From NCBI RefSeq assembly GCF_006345805.1, contig NC_042999.1:25544001-25608000 (forward strand): 64,000 bases of DNA. Direction: 5' to 3'. Made by a program: the position numbers and the translations under genes. This document shows positions 39,520-51,658 of the stretch, one piece after another; position 1 is the first letter of the stretch, and each line of letters begins with the position of its first letter. The stretch comes from Octopus sinensis. Its lineage: Eukaryota. A model generated the notes under the pieces. That model had not been told where the DNA came from, ran no database searches, and saw nothing but the letters and a program-made list of their open reading frames with translations.

Positions 39520-39720
39520 ATGATAACCAATGCTATCAACGTATCTGTCAACGGATTTGGTAATATCAGAAAATTAACATAAGAGATGTGACATCTTAAA
39601 TCGAAAACTGTCACTGTTATTATAGGAGTTTTGGGCGTGATAAAAAGGTGGGGACAGAAAACCCTAGATAATAATTCAGAAGAATCGTCGCTCAAATGGA
39701 TCCCTCTCGTAACTTTCAAT
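39520..39720 (+). mobile_element. Divergent RLE C-terminal fragment, copy 4
   Basis: EM*HLKSKTVTVIIGVLGVIKRWGQKTLD resembles MWNLKTETIPIIVGALGMIKK. Confidence 0.55.
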
Positions 39721-40146
39721 TACAACTCAGTATGTATTAACCTTGGCCTGACTTAGGGTACTGTGAGTTGTAGCCGGAGAAACAAAAGTAACAACCATAG
39801 ACGCAAGAGCAGTACTAGGGGAGCAGCCACAGTTGTAGCAGTAGCAGCAACTGTAGTAGAGGTTTTAGCGGTAGAAGTTGCAGTAGTAGTTGTAGTGGTA
39901 CTAGTAGGCGAAGTGGCAACTGATATATGAAGTAATGTTATCAAGCAAACTTGTTGAAACATAATCGGAAACTAACAACGAACCGTGAATTGAAACAGGA
40001 AACTGAGTTGACAGCAAAATGGATACCAGAGAAAAGAGGATATAATAAGTACTGATCCATACACAGTCACACACAGACACACACACACGTACACTCGCTC
40101 ACATACACACACACGTATCTGCATATCTATTTGCATGAATGTGTGC

Positions 40147-40188
<42 letters not shown>

Positions 40189-40240
40189 TATATATATTAT
40201 ATACTATATATATGTATATGTATATATATGTATATATATA

Positions 40241-40762
40241 TATGGATCAAAACAGTTTGATTCAAATTCGTTGGTACTCTCGAGTTTCAAGCGCGATGCT
40301 AGTCGTCAGCCATTTTGAAGTTTACACGCACAAAACAAACGTTGGGGATTCATAAGCGTTGGGAATTGGTACGAGTTGGGGGTTGGAATGCGTTGGTGTT
40401 TGGTAATCATTGGGATTAATAATTGGCGTGCATACCTACGCGCGCGAGCGTGCGAGGGCACATGTTCATGCGCATGCGTTTGTGCGCGCACACGGTTTTG
40501 CATGCGTACATGCACACGAATAAACATATGAACGGGTGCGCATGTGTGTATGTGTGTATGCGTGTGTACATGGGTAACTAACTGTTAGCCATATACCAAC
40601 CTCAAATCACAATATCGCCTGACCCTCCTTGACAAATCGCAGCACACCTTACTGCAATTACAATCAATTTCAGTCATTCAAATTCAAAATGGCTGACGAC
40701 TAGCATTGCGCTTGTAACTGAAGAGCAGAAACGAATTTGAATCATACTATTTTGATGCATAT
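40241..40762. mobile_element. Inverted-repeat element (about 80-bp arms) whose arms contain HHR-like motifs
   Basis: 40241-40320 aligns with the reverse complement of 40680-40762; (TA)n lies outside both arms. Confidence 0.75.
40263..40320 (-). ncRNA. Type I hammerhead-like motif HHR-3
   Basis: Minus strand: UGG-CUGACGA-CU-AGC-AUCGC-GCU-U-GAAA-CUC-GA-GAG-UA-CCA; intact core and GUA triplet, but weak stem II and short proximal stem I. Confidence 0.55.
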
Positions 40763-40877
40763 ATGTAACTCCCAATAAATTGCTTGAGTGCCCTATTTTG
40801 TTTCTCCACTCACTCGTGTGTATGTATGTATGTATGTATATACATACATATATATATATACATATGTATATATATAT

Positions 40878-40932
<55 letters not shown>

Positions 40933-40954
40933 ATATATACACATATATATATAT

Positions 40955-41000
<46 letters not shown>

Positions 41001-41236
41001 GTGTGTGTATATATATCGAAAGGGAGGAGCAGAGATGGAGAGGGGTAAAGGGGCCGAGAAGCAATTAGATATATGTAGTGTGGAAAGGAGGAAGAAAGGG
41101 AGACAAAGAGAGAGGCGGTGACAAGATGAAGGGAGAGACAAATGGGAAGTGAGGGAGATCGAAAGATTAAGGAAGAAATACAGAATAGAAAAGATGCACA
41201 TTTACATGTTTGTGTGCACATTTCATTTCAGCGTTT

Positions 41237-41651
41237 TTAGTGTTTAGCCATATTGAGATGGCTAGTATATTTTACGTTGTCGAGCGGTTACTGTTTACAT
41301 CTCGTTCAGAGACCGTTTTTCGAGATCAGTAACAGTGGTTACTGGGAAAAACATTAAATAGATATTCGCAATCATGTCTCTCACATCGAAAACCGGTGAT
41401 TACCGTACGTTGACAAGAGGCAAATTACCTCGAAACTGCAGTCCGTGCGTATCACTTAGGTTTACGAGAGAGGGTTGACCTCCCTTTGCAAATATCATAA
41501 GGGCACAGAAAGTGTGTCTAAAGCCAGCTGGAGACGATGATCTCATGGGGCTAAAAGCTACAGTAACACCCGCCCTTAGTGGTTAGCCATATTGAGATGG
41601 CTAGTATACTTTATGTTGTCGAGCGGTTACTGTTTACATCTCGTTCAGAGA
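41237..41651 (+). mobile_element. 339-nt HHR-containing unit with 76-bp terminal direct repeat (retrozyme/pLTR-like)
   Basis: 41237-41312 is repeated at 41576-41651; HHR in the middle; followed by (TA)n. Confidence 0.8.
41404..41449 (+). ncRNA. Type I hammerhead ribozyme HHR-2 with U3:A8 core covariation
   Basis: Stem I CGUACG/CGUGCG, core UUGACAA (41410-16), stem II GAGG-CAAAUUA-CCUC, GAAA (41432-35), palindromic stem III ACUGCAGU, GUC triplet (cut after 41443). Confidence 0.82.
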
Positions 41652-41767
41652 TTTATTATTGCTTAAATATATATACATATATATATATATATACATTTAT
41701 ATATATGTATATATAAATATTATTTGATATGTACAACATACATGTTTTTATGGGCTACTATCAAATT

Positions 41768-42022
41768 CATATGATGAATGCATGCCAGCCAGTATTTGTA
41801 ACAAATCTGGGGTCTCAGCTCAATCGTAAGGCGCTGCTCAAATAGCAATACAAACTAACAAAGGAATGATAGGATGAGCGAAAAAGCGAGAAAAGGCTCT
41901 CTTTTTCTCCCGCCCTATCGTTCCATGTTTAGTTTGTTATGCCATGTAAACAGTGCCTGCAGATTGTGCTGAGTCACCAGATTTGTTAAAAATACTCTCT
42001 GGCATGCTGTCATCACATAATG
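41768..42022. mobile_element. Foldback (imperfect palindrome) element, about 120-bp arms
   Basis: GCATGCCAGCCAGTATTTGTAACAAATCTGG.GTCTCAGCTCAATC vs the reverse complement of GATTGTGCTGAGTCACCAGATTTGTTAAAAATACTCTCTGGCATGC; pairing continues inward to about 41895. Confidence 0.8.
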
Positions 42023-42539
42023 CTAACCGTAGCACATGTATTGTGTTGATTGCATTATAACTCTCTCTCTCTCCAGATGGAGTAATTTCTTTTGTTGATG
42101 TGCATTATATATGTATAGACAATAAGAAAATGGAGGAAAAATAACAAGAAGTGTGTCTTTTGCGCTATGAAGCCATTATTTAATTAGTTTACATACATAC
42201 ATACATACATACATAATACATACATACATTCTCGAAGCGACAAGTCGCATATTTGGCGTGGGAGATTATTTATCGACAATACGATGAATGTTATCTTCAA
42301 CACTGAAATCACAGCTATCAGCTCTGTTAAATCACTGGTTAATCTTCAGATGAATTACCTGAAAGAGCCTTTTTATTAATGATCGTAGTGATTTTCGACT
42401 GAAATTTGAATTTACCAAGCAGAGATTCATTACAAACAACATACCTGGATACAACATCAACCAGACAACGGAGGAGGAACAGAACGAAAACAACTGCTCA
42501 ACAGGTAAACAGATTCTTTTTAGTTGTAGTTATAGAAGA

Positions 42540-43095
42540 ACCCGTTATAGAAGAGACCTGATATATTATGATTTCGGATAGAGAAAAGAAACTGTTTATA
42601 GTTGTAGAAATCTGCTGTCCAGCGGTTGTTATCATAAAACTGAAGATCGGTGAAAAACAGAATACTTACGCTGAATTATTGCGAAATCTGCAGTTACTTT
42701 ATCCAGATTACAAGTTCAGTTCTAGACCTACAATTATTGGGACATTGGGGTATGTAATACACTGCCTCAATACCAATCTTGAGCAATTAGGCTTCTCAAA
42801 ACCAGAAAGGAGAAAAACCCTGATTCTAAAACTACAGATCGAAGCCATCAGTGAAACCCTAAACATCTGTAAAACTTTCCAGAAGTTTTTTATTTAAGCA
42901 TTTAGGAGCATATCTAAATATACAAGTAATAAACATAAGAATACAAGAATAAGACAAAACATACAAGCCTGCACGTATATATGCATACCATGTTGATGTT
43001 GTTAAAATTCCAGTGAAGGAACTTTGGATCTAGGTTACAAACCGGATTTTTTTTCTATTGACAAGGAATCTTGAAATAAAACTGAATAATAACAC
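42540..43095 (+). mobile_element. 3' end of an RLE-type LINE, family 2
   Basis: RPDI..SDREKKLFIVVEICCP...EKQNTYAELLRNLQLLYPDYKFSSRPTIIGTLGYVIHCLNTNLEQLGF...ICKTFQKFFI*; 3'UTR ends AAATAAAACTGAATAAT, then (CA)n. Confidence 0.85.
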
Positions 43096-43159
43096 ACACA
43101 TATACTACACACGCACATCTATATAACCTCCCTCCCTCCACACACACACAGACACAGAT

Positions 43160-43190
<31 letters not shown>

Positions 43191-43449
43191 CACAGTTGAG
43201 TGAAACCGAGGTTTTGTTGGTTTCATGCGCACACAAACACCCTTACATTGGACATTACATATATACATACATACGTAATATATACATACACACAGACATA
43301 TATATATATATATATCAATGTTTTCTAAAATGCATATAATTATACAATATAATTATAAAATATTTATAAAGTATAATTACATAATTTTTTTTAAACATAT
43401 AGCATGTTACATATATAGGCCACTGATATAATCATTTTTTGATTATATC

Positions 43450-43510
43450 CATATTTTATGTATATATATATATATATGTGTGTGTGCGCGTGTGTGTGTG
43501 TGAATGTTTG

Positions 43511-43580
<70 letters not shown>

Positions 43581-43740
43581 CATATATATATATACATACA
43601 GACATATACACACATTTACATACACTCGCACACACATACTCATATTTATGTATGTGACAGGACAGACAGAAATAGAGTTAGTGACAGGGAGAGATAGAGA
43701 AACAGAGACAGAGAGGGAGAGAGAGAGAGAGTATTCAGTG
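43450..43740. repeat. (TA)n/(TG)n/(GA)n compound microsatellite
   Basis: Direct reading. Confidence 0.85.
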
Positions 43741-44121
43741 AGAATTCCAATGAGGAAAAATATTTAGGTGAATTGTTATATAGATAACGAGATTGTTGAA
43801 AGTATATTATCCCCTAGCTGCACTGATAGATTGCAATTATTATAGATATGAGTAGAAAAATATCATGACTACATTTGAACGGTAGAACAAATAAATAACG
43901 CTGAAATATAATAGGAAGTGCATGATAAATTGGCCAAACTGTATTTAGGTCAATGAGATAGTGTATCGATTCGTTATCACTTGGAAGTCACTTTGATTCT
44001 TCATCAAATGGATACCTGATTATATTTTTCTCTTTTGTAATGGACAGAAAATTAGCACACACACGTTCAGTAGCCGCACTTTATTGTTTCAACCAAATGA
44101 TGTGGTTAAGTATATAGCTTA

Positions 44122-44538
44122 CCAAATGGCGGCGAGCTGGCAGAAACGTTAGCACGCCGGGCGAAATGCGTAGACGTATTTCGCCTACCGTTACGTTCTG
44201 AGTTCATATTCCGCCGTGGTCGACTTTGCCTTTCATCCTTTCGGGGCCGATAAATTAAGTACAAGTAACGCACTGGGGTCGATGTAATCGACTTAATACA
44301 TTTGTCTGTCCTTGTTTGTCCCCTCTGTGCTTAGCCCCTTGTGGGTAGTAAAGAAATAGGTATTTCGTCTGTCGTTACGTTCTGAGTTCAAATTCCACCG
44401 AGGTCGACTTTTACTTTCATCCTTTCGGGGTCGATAAAGTACCAGTTTCGCACTAGGGTCGATGTAATCGACTTAATCCCTTTGTCTGTCCTTGTTTGCC
44501 CCCGCTAGGTTTAGCCCCTTGTGGGCAATAAAGAAATA
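44122..44538 (+). mobile_element. SINE family A dimer with 11-bp TSD
   Basis: Head GGCGGCGAGCTGGCAGAAACGTTAGCACG plus two units; TATATAGCTTA at 44111-44121 and 44539-44549. Confidence 0.9.
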
Positions 44539-44930
44539 TATATAGCTTAACAATGACAAAACCGCAAGATAGCATGTTCGATCTCAAAGCACGCTTTTCT
44601 GGGTACGTTTCTTCTTCCGTATACTCCGGCAGAATGGTATATCGTGACTAGAATTTACGAGACGGAAATTGAGTTTAAACTCATAACTCACACACACACA
44701 CACACAGGCACACATATACATACATATGTACACAGACAGACAGGTACAGACACACGCACACACACACACGCGCAAGCATACATATACATACACAAACACA
44801 CACACGATGCACAAATATATGCTAAGGGTGTAATTTCGGCGGGGCATATCCTCTGTGATTGTAACGCTCCGCATTTAGAGCGACGCTGTGGTCGCTAGTT
44901 GAGTTCCACACATGTTTACAAAAGATGTGG

Positions 44931-45238
44931 CTTTTGCTGTTGTTTGTTCCTTCTCGAGCCACGTCCGGCTCATAAGGGCCGGTTTCCTGGTTCCCTTGGT
45001 GAATAGGTTCCCCACCTGGACGGGACGCCGGTCCATCGCAGGTGATCTGTAGGATGCAGGAAAGAGTGAGAGAAAGTTGTGGCGAAAGAGTCAACAGAAG
45101 TTCGCCATTACCTTCTGCCGGAGCCGCGTGGAGCTTAGGTGTTTAGCTCATAAACACACACATCGCCCGGTCTGAGATTCGAACCCGTGATCCCACGACT
45201 GCGAGTCCGCTGCTCTAACCACTAGGCCATGTGCCTCC
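44931..45238 (-). mobile_element. SINE family D, full length with 13-bp TSD
   Basis: TSD ACAAAAGATGTGG at 44918-44930 and 45239-45251. Confidence 0.92.
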
Positions 45239-45774
45239 ACAAAAGATGTGGTAAGGTGCTCTGTTTTTGAAATGAGTAGTGTTTGAGCTTATTTGTTGTG
45301 AGAGAATAGCAATAACATCAAAAACTCTGTTTATTCATGAATTTTAGATGCCAATTTATAAAGTCAACTCTTCAATACACCGTTGTACAATGTAGAAAAT
45401 CATTACTTTATAAATAGTTCAAAGCAGACTGATGTTGTTTGCCCTGACAAATATAAATTTCCGGGCAATATATTTCGTTAAGAGAGATAGTTTTACAACT
45501 CTTTATACTTATTCATTATCAACAGAAACCTTTGAATGCTACTGCTTACGTGAATATCTTCAGTTTGAAATGTTTATACTGATTGACAACCAGTGGAAGA
45601 CATCTCTACATTTCTTAGGCCGCACTCTTTACCTGGATAATTTAATTTTATCAGAATACATTCAGACTTGGGTTACCGCGTTGAAGGGTTTTTGTGGAAT
45701 GAATCACCTCCAGTACTTAATTTTCAAAACCTTCTCTTTATTTTATCATTCTCTTACACCAAACTGCTAAGTTA

Positions 45775-45950
45775 TGGAGATGCAAACAAAACATATATAG
45801 CTAAACAATCGGTGGTGAAGGACCAACACAAAAACACAAACATATCAAAATATACATTCCCACCATAAGTATATACATACATACCCCATCGCAGTAGGGC
45901 TGAAGAGAGAACCATGCGGTTGGAAAGCGAGGTTCTTACCACGCATCCAC
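45775..45950 (-). mobile_element. Degenerate SINE family B remnant
   Basis: catcgcagtagggctgaa..gaaccatgcggttggaaagcgaggttcttaccacgc resembles the B head. Confidence 0.45.
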
Positions 45951-46713
45951 GAGAAAAATTTTAAAATTAAATTTGTGGATTACATTTCAGTTGTAATCGT
46001 TAAATTTTCGCGTTCTATTGAAAAATCCACATTGAATTGAGACAACTAAAGCTTTTATGCATAGTCGCTTGACCAGCTAATAAAAACGTCACCATTATCT
46101 CGCAAACCAAATATGCAGGACAAATATTACTATGTAAAATGTCGGTTTAGCCATACAACTATACAAGCTATGCATGGAATATTTTTGACAATCTGCTCAA
46201 TCTTAGACTACATTCCATTTCTTAGCGCACAGTCACATCTATTCTTATGTATGTATTTATTTTTGTACTTGTTTCACTCGTTGGCTCGTTGTGACACAAC
46301 CTTAAAGGTTTAGCCACACAAATTGACAGCAGTGATCATACTTTTCTTTTAAGACTGATACATACTCTATCCACCAAAACCAATAACGATCGCCAAGCTG
46401 TGGTGAGGTGACAAATACAAAGACCCACGCCCATACATATGTATATATATCGTCTTGTCCTTACCTTCGGAATGCGGAATAGACGAAACAGGGATAACTG
46501 AAGAAGGGGAATATTCCTTGTGTTGTATGTCTTGTACTCTTTTTTTTCGTTGTTTGAAAAAAGTTCAATTCCATGTTTTTGTTTTTATGTTTTCGTTTCT
46601 CACTGTGCTCAATGTTTTTTTTATGTCCTGTACCCATATATGCATGTATATATACATATAGATCTAGGTATGTACGTATATGTATGTATATATGCATATA
46701 TTTATATATTATT

Positions 46714-46755
<42 letters not shown>

Positions 46756-46796
46756 TATATATAAGTATGTATGTATGTATACACACATACACACAC

Positions 46797-47365
46797 ATAG
46801 AGGTCTGATCAATAAGTATCCATAGTAACAAAGCTAAAGCAGGGAGAGTCGAACGGCTCGGCGAAGATTGACCTTGAACTCTACTGTGCATGCGCACTAA
46901 GTTTTAACGTTCTAGCTCACTGCCACTGTTTACAGTAGTGCTTAGAATGAAGGTGTGTTGCGTGTGATCGTCGCATTGACCATGAAAGTCATAATGGCGA
47001 TACCTGCTCAGTGGCCTGCGCAAAGTTGCAGAAAGTGTATGGAGAGGAGTGTGTGAGCCGCATATATGTGTATGTGCGTTCGGACGTTTCCAAGATGGCA
47101 GAAAAATGTCGATATTGACGAACGTTATCGGCGACCCGCAACCAAAAGAATTGAGAAAAACATCGCATATACTCATGCAACTTTGCGCGCATTCATCGAA
47201 TTACTATCCGTGAGTTAAAGGATGTGCAGATTACTTACGGTTCCGTCCATTCCTTGTCTGCTACGTTTGTGCCAAAATTGCTTTCGGGTTACCAAAAAGA
47301 CACTTAGGTTTCAGTTGTACAAGATCTCCTTGATTATGTCATGAACGATGAAAACTTTTTGAACA
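46797..47365 (+). mobile_element. Mariner 5' relic (TIR plus degraded N-terminal transposase)
   Basis: 5' GAGGTCTGATCAATAAGTATCC; KLQKVYGEECVSR...RFQDGRKNVDIDERYRRP..; LSATFVPKLLS...QDLLD...NDENFLNT. Confidence 0.75.
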
Positions 47366-47527
47366 CTTTGCGTTGGCCTCTGGTATACCCACCAGCCTTC
47401 ATCAGGTGGCTTGAGATCATATTCTCTTACGACTAAAAAAACGCAACCACCCGACAAACTAACAACACACACAGCTTGTGTTTGACGTTGTTTATATGCC
47501 TCGAGGTGCTTCTAATTTTTATTTGTA

Positions 47528-47580
<53 letters not shown>

Positions 47581-47604
47581 ATCTTTCTATATATATATAT
47601 ATCT

Positions 47605-47650
<46 letters not shown>

Positions 47651-47686
47651 GTATGTATCAAAAGAAAAACAGGGCGCAAAGATTTT

Positions 47687-47779
47687 GCGGTACATATGTT
47701 TCGGGCTTTATTGAACAACTTATTCTTATATCAAGGCATAATTGATCTAACAGATAGATCAAAAGCCTTCTTCAGCCGC
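47687..47779 (-). ncRNA. Type I hammerhead ribozyme HHR-5 with a large stem II insertion
   Basis: Minus strand: stem I GCGG/CCGC, core CUGAAGA (47775-69), stem II GGCUUU/AAAGCC with an A.C mismatch at its base and a 52-nt loop, GAAA (47702-699), palindromic stem III ACAUAUGU, GUA triplet. Confidence 0.72.
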
Positions 47780-49574
47780 GTACAATTACCACACCAAAGA
47801 CACGTATCACATTGTAACAGGTTTGAGAAAGAGTTTGAGAAAAAAAACGAGTTTCATTGGGAAAGTAAATCCTGAGAGGCGTACATGGTATTGCGAGACT
47901 CCAAAACAAATCGTCCATACCTTTTCTACACTCGATAAAGAAGGAATACTGTGTAGATTACTTCATAATATATATATTTGATAATGACTCGTAGACATCA
48001 ATATCCATCCTTATAATTAAGAAGGATAAGAAGTGCAATAAAGTTTTAAATTATCTCGCGTAAGAGGAAGAGGATCATGGCCAAATAGCACATGACAAGA
48101 AATTGGCGAAATTCGAATAAATCGAATGACTTAACAAAATATTCTCTTTAGCTTATTTAAGATGTGGTGGAGTGGCTCTCTTCCTGATATATTCACGCAC
48201 CATGCAATTAAAGAGAACTAATTGTTGAAATAAGTCATTACTCAATATGATCCAGTGTCTACGTTATATAAGGCGTCGTTATGTCTTGATTAGCAAAGAT
48301 CTAACTGTTACTTGTAGCAGGTGGAGCCACGGATGAGAAACTCTGTCTTTGATCCGTATAGTTTAGTCGAGCTGTTTCAGATTATTTATTTTCCTACCAT
48401 CTTTATTCCTGAAAATATTCTTAATAACAAATTTGTAACAAGGTAAAGTTTTTATTTAGACAGACCACCTAAAATACACAAAAATATACTAAATTTTCAT
48501 ATGTCTCTTACAGAACGCAAGTATTAAATTTGAGAGATAAAAACAATCAAACGAAGACTAAGACTTTAAAAACAAAATGTATTTTGAACGTTGAGACACA
48601 ATATGCATTTTTAATACTTTTATTACTTACTGGATTGGAAATATTTTCTTTTCATTACACGCTTGGCTGTTCTATTTATCTTTTTCTTTTCATTTTGTCA
48701 TGTTTGAGAACAGAAGCATTTTTTATCAACCACGATTACAACATCGTTTTTCAAAATACGTCAGTTTTTTTTTAAAGAATATAAATTAGATTAATATAAA
48801 GATATAAAAGGAAAAACTTGTGGGGAAAAAAATCAACGAAACAACAACATAACATAGTTTCCAAAGTATATAAATCTATCCTATAACACATTGTGGTAAA
48901 TCAATTTTATTTCCTTGGTTATATATAACTTTGTGGTGAGTTTAAAATATACAATGTATACCAACACATAAAGATACAAAAATAGTTTCAGACCATTTCT
49001 TTGGTTATCCTATAGAAATTTCCTCGTAAAACACCTGAGTACCATAGAGTCACATCACATACATAAAGACAAATATACACATAGCCATTCGCACATACAA
49101 ACATGCACTGAAACACACACACACACATACACACATGCATTCCTACCTACCTTTATATATATACATGCATGGGCATATACGCATACGCAGTGACACAAAC
49201 ATGAATATAGAATTACTTTACAATAGATGAATTCACATTCAGAAACACGCACAAACTTATAGGTTATATACACAAAGAAACATACAAACATTAGTATCTG
49301 TGTTCAAATACACATCCACGCAAAAATATCGTGGAGACATATGAACATGCTAAAAGTATACCCCAGAAATTAGTACGCATACACACAAACACTCTCAAAC
49401 ACACACAAACACACACACATACACACGCACACACACATATATATATATATATAGAGAGAGAGATTCACTTACGTACATTCTCAGGAAAGACATGCATCCA
49501 AACATCCATACATAAAAATATATACAAATATGCACTGACACACATGTATAATCTCATATATGAAAAGGTAATAT

Positions 49575-50675
49575 ACTCACTATGAACATATTTTTATTTT
49601 ATTTTTTAATTCTATCTTGTTTCAGCTCACAAGCTGAGGCCATGCTGTGCCACCACCATTTGCTGTTGCAACATAATTTTACTTCACGAATGCTTTTTAG
49701 GAAATGACATTTGGTGGTGCATGAGATATTTTGATACAGTTGCCCTCATCTGCACCTCCTACAGCGAAGTTGGTTCATCTGGAACATTTGAAAAGGAAGA
49801 GGTCCAGCTTTATTTTGAAGACACCTACATCCACCCCATGCAGGTCTTTCAGGTCCTTCAGGAGGATATTGAACAGCTATGGACCTCTGAAGCCCAGGAT
49901 ATTGCGGTATATTGTCCTACATTTTGATGGCAAATTTGGAGTCCTTGGCACTATGCAGTGGTGCCCAGTTCTAGTATTTGTGTAACTCTTGATGCCAAAG
50001 TTTGGGACAGGTCCTTCCAGGATTTTTCAGATGTATATTATGGCATATCTGTCTTGCCTACGCTCTAAAGAATAAAGTCTTAATCTCTTGAGTCTTTCCC
50101 AGTAGCTAATATGCTGCACAGAGGCTATCCTCTTCGTGTTGCTTCGTTGGATTTCCTCAAGTTCTGAGATTAATTTGACACGGGTTGCTGACCATAGCTG
50201 AGAGCAATAGTCAAAGTGGCTTAGGACAAGTGTCCTCCAGAGGACCATCATAGTTTCCTGATCTCTTGTTCTAAAAGTTCTAAGAATCTATCCGGTCGGC
50301 CACCTGCCTTTCATTGGCAATTTAGCAACATGCACATGAAAGGTTGCATAATTACTCATGTAAATGCCCAGGTCTCACACTGACTGTGCCTCCGGGATTG
50401 CAATCCCTCCAGGTCCGTGTATTTAATGGGTATTGCATTTAGTGTTGCATGCTGATAGCACAAGGCTTGAAACTTTTCAGAATTAAACTGCTTCCTATTC
50501 TTTTCAGCCCACATATTTCATCCAGCTCATATTGCAGGTACACAGTGTCTGCAGGATTCTGTATTACCTGTGAGACATTTGTATCATCTGCATAACTTGT
50601 GATCGTGGCTCTGTGTGTGGCTGAGGGCATGTCTGAGAGGGCCATTATGAACAGTAGTGGTCCCAATGAATTATA
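49575..50675 (-). mobile_element. CR1/L2-group LINE 3' portion (RT C-terminus to 3' end), frameshifted
   Basis: LGPLLFIMALSDMP...ITSYADDT; MMVLWRTLVLSHFDYCSQLWS...LEEIQR..TKRI...SYWERLKRLRLYSLERRQDRYAIIYI*KILEG..PN; A-rich 3' tail at about 49590. Confidence 0.9.
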
Positions 50676-51658
50676 TGCTATATATTTAAAATGTAACATT
50701 AACTGTTGAACAATTATAAAAAAAATGATTTTCCTCTTGATTTAGAAAAAGAATTATGAGACGAAGCTGATATTTCATTTTAACTATTGGGGACATAACC
50801 AGTTTATTCGTTAGAAATAACAGGGGTATTTCACTGAAATGATAGCCACCTAGGGATAATTTACAATTTTGATGTTTTAGATACACCTAAACAGATGAGA
50901 ATGTCATGGCCTCCACATTTATAGAAAATATATGTACACAAATACATCGAGATAAATTATGTATGTAAATTAAACACTCATATTTATTGATTTGGTTTCG
51001 TGTATCTTTGAATCGCTACCGCCAATGTACGAGGGATCATAAAAAAAAATCTGGCAGAGCACTTGCCATAACTAATCTAACATTTCGGCCTCTTACTGCG
51101 CGTCTTTAGGTGAGAAATATAGAGAAGTGTTATGTTTTTTTTTGTTGTAAGAGAGGAGATGAAAATTTCTGTTTAACTTCATTCACTAGTTTTCTAACTT
51201 GCAATCAAAACTACATAACTTTATATCTTTCTCACGTTTAGACGGAACACAAGATTGGAAAATATAGACTATACGCTCCTGACCGTAATTGAAATTTTCT
51301 ATGAATTATTGATGGCATAGTAGATCAGCAACACTTTCCTAGGATTACATGTTTTACTCATATATAATCATTTCTTGGAATATATAGGTGAGACAACTTC
51401 GTTCGTTGCCTAAAAAAACTTGCAACCTGAGAAAACTGTCAAATTACTGTAGAAGAGGTGAGAGAGAGAAAGAGAAAAAAGACATAGAATGGTTGAAAAA
51501 CCATGGCTGGAATTAGGTTTGGCGAGAAAACAATGAGTTTTCGTTTGCCTGTCTGAAGAAGTGTTCGTTTTGGTTATGCATGCTGCATTTAAGAGGTGAA
51601 TCTGGGGGTTACATTTATAGTGTGACATTATCTGTTGCCAAACACTGAAATATAATCT

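Noticed and set aside
42400-42510. Possible exon ending ...CTCAACAG|GTAAAC
   Set aside because: Lies in repeat-like context next to a LINE fragment; no homology evidence.
43055-43090. TTGACAA-GGAATCTT-GAAA (U3A8-like core)
   Set aside because: No valid stems; it is the RLE-LINE 3'UTR and the sister copy reads TTGGCAA.
46490-46530. CTGAAGA-A-GGGG-AATAT-TCCT
   Set aside because: No GAAA or stem III follows.
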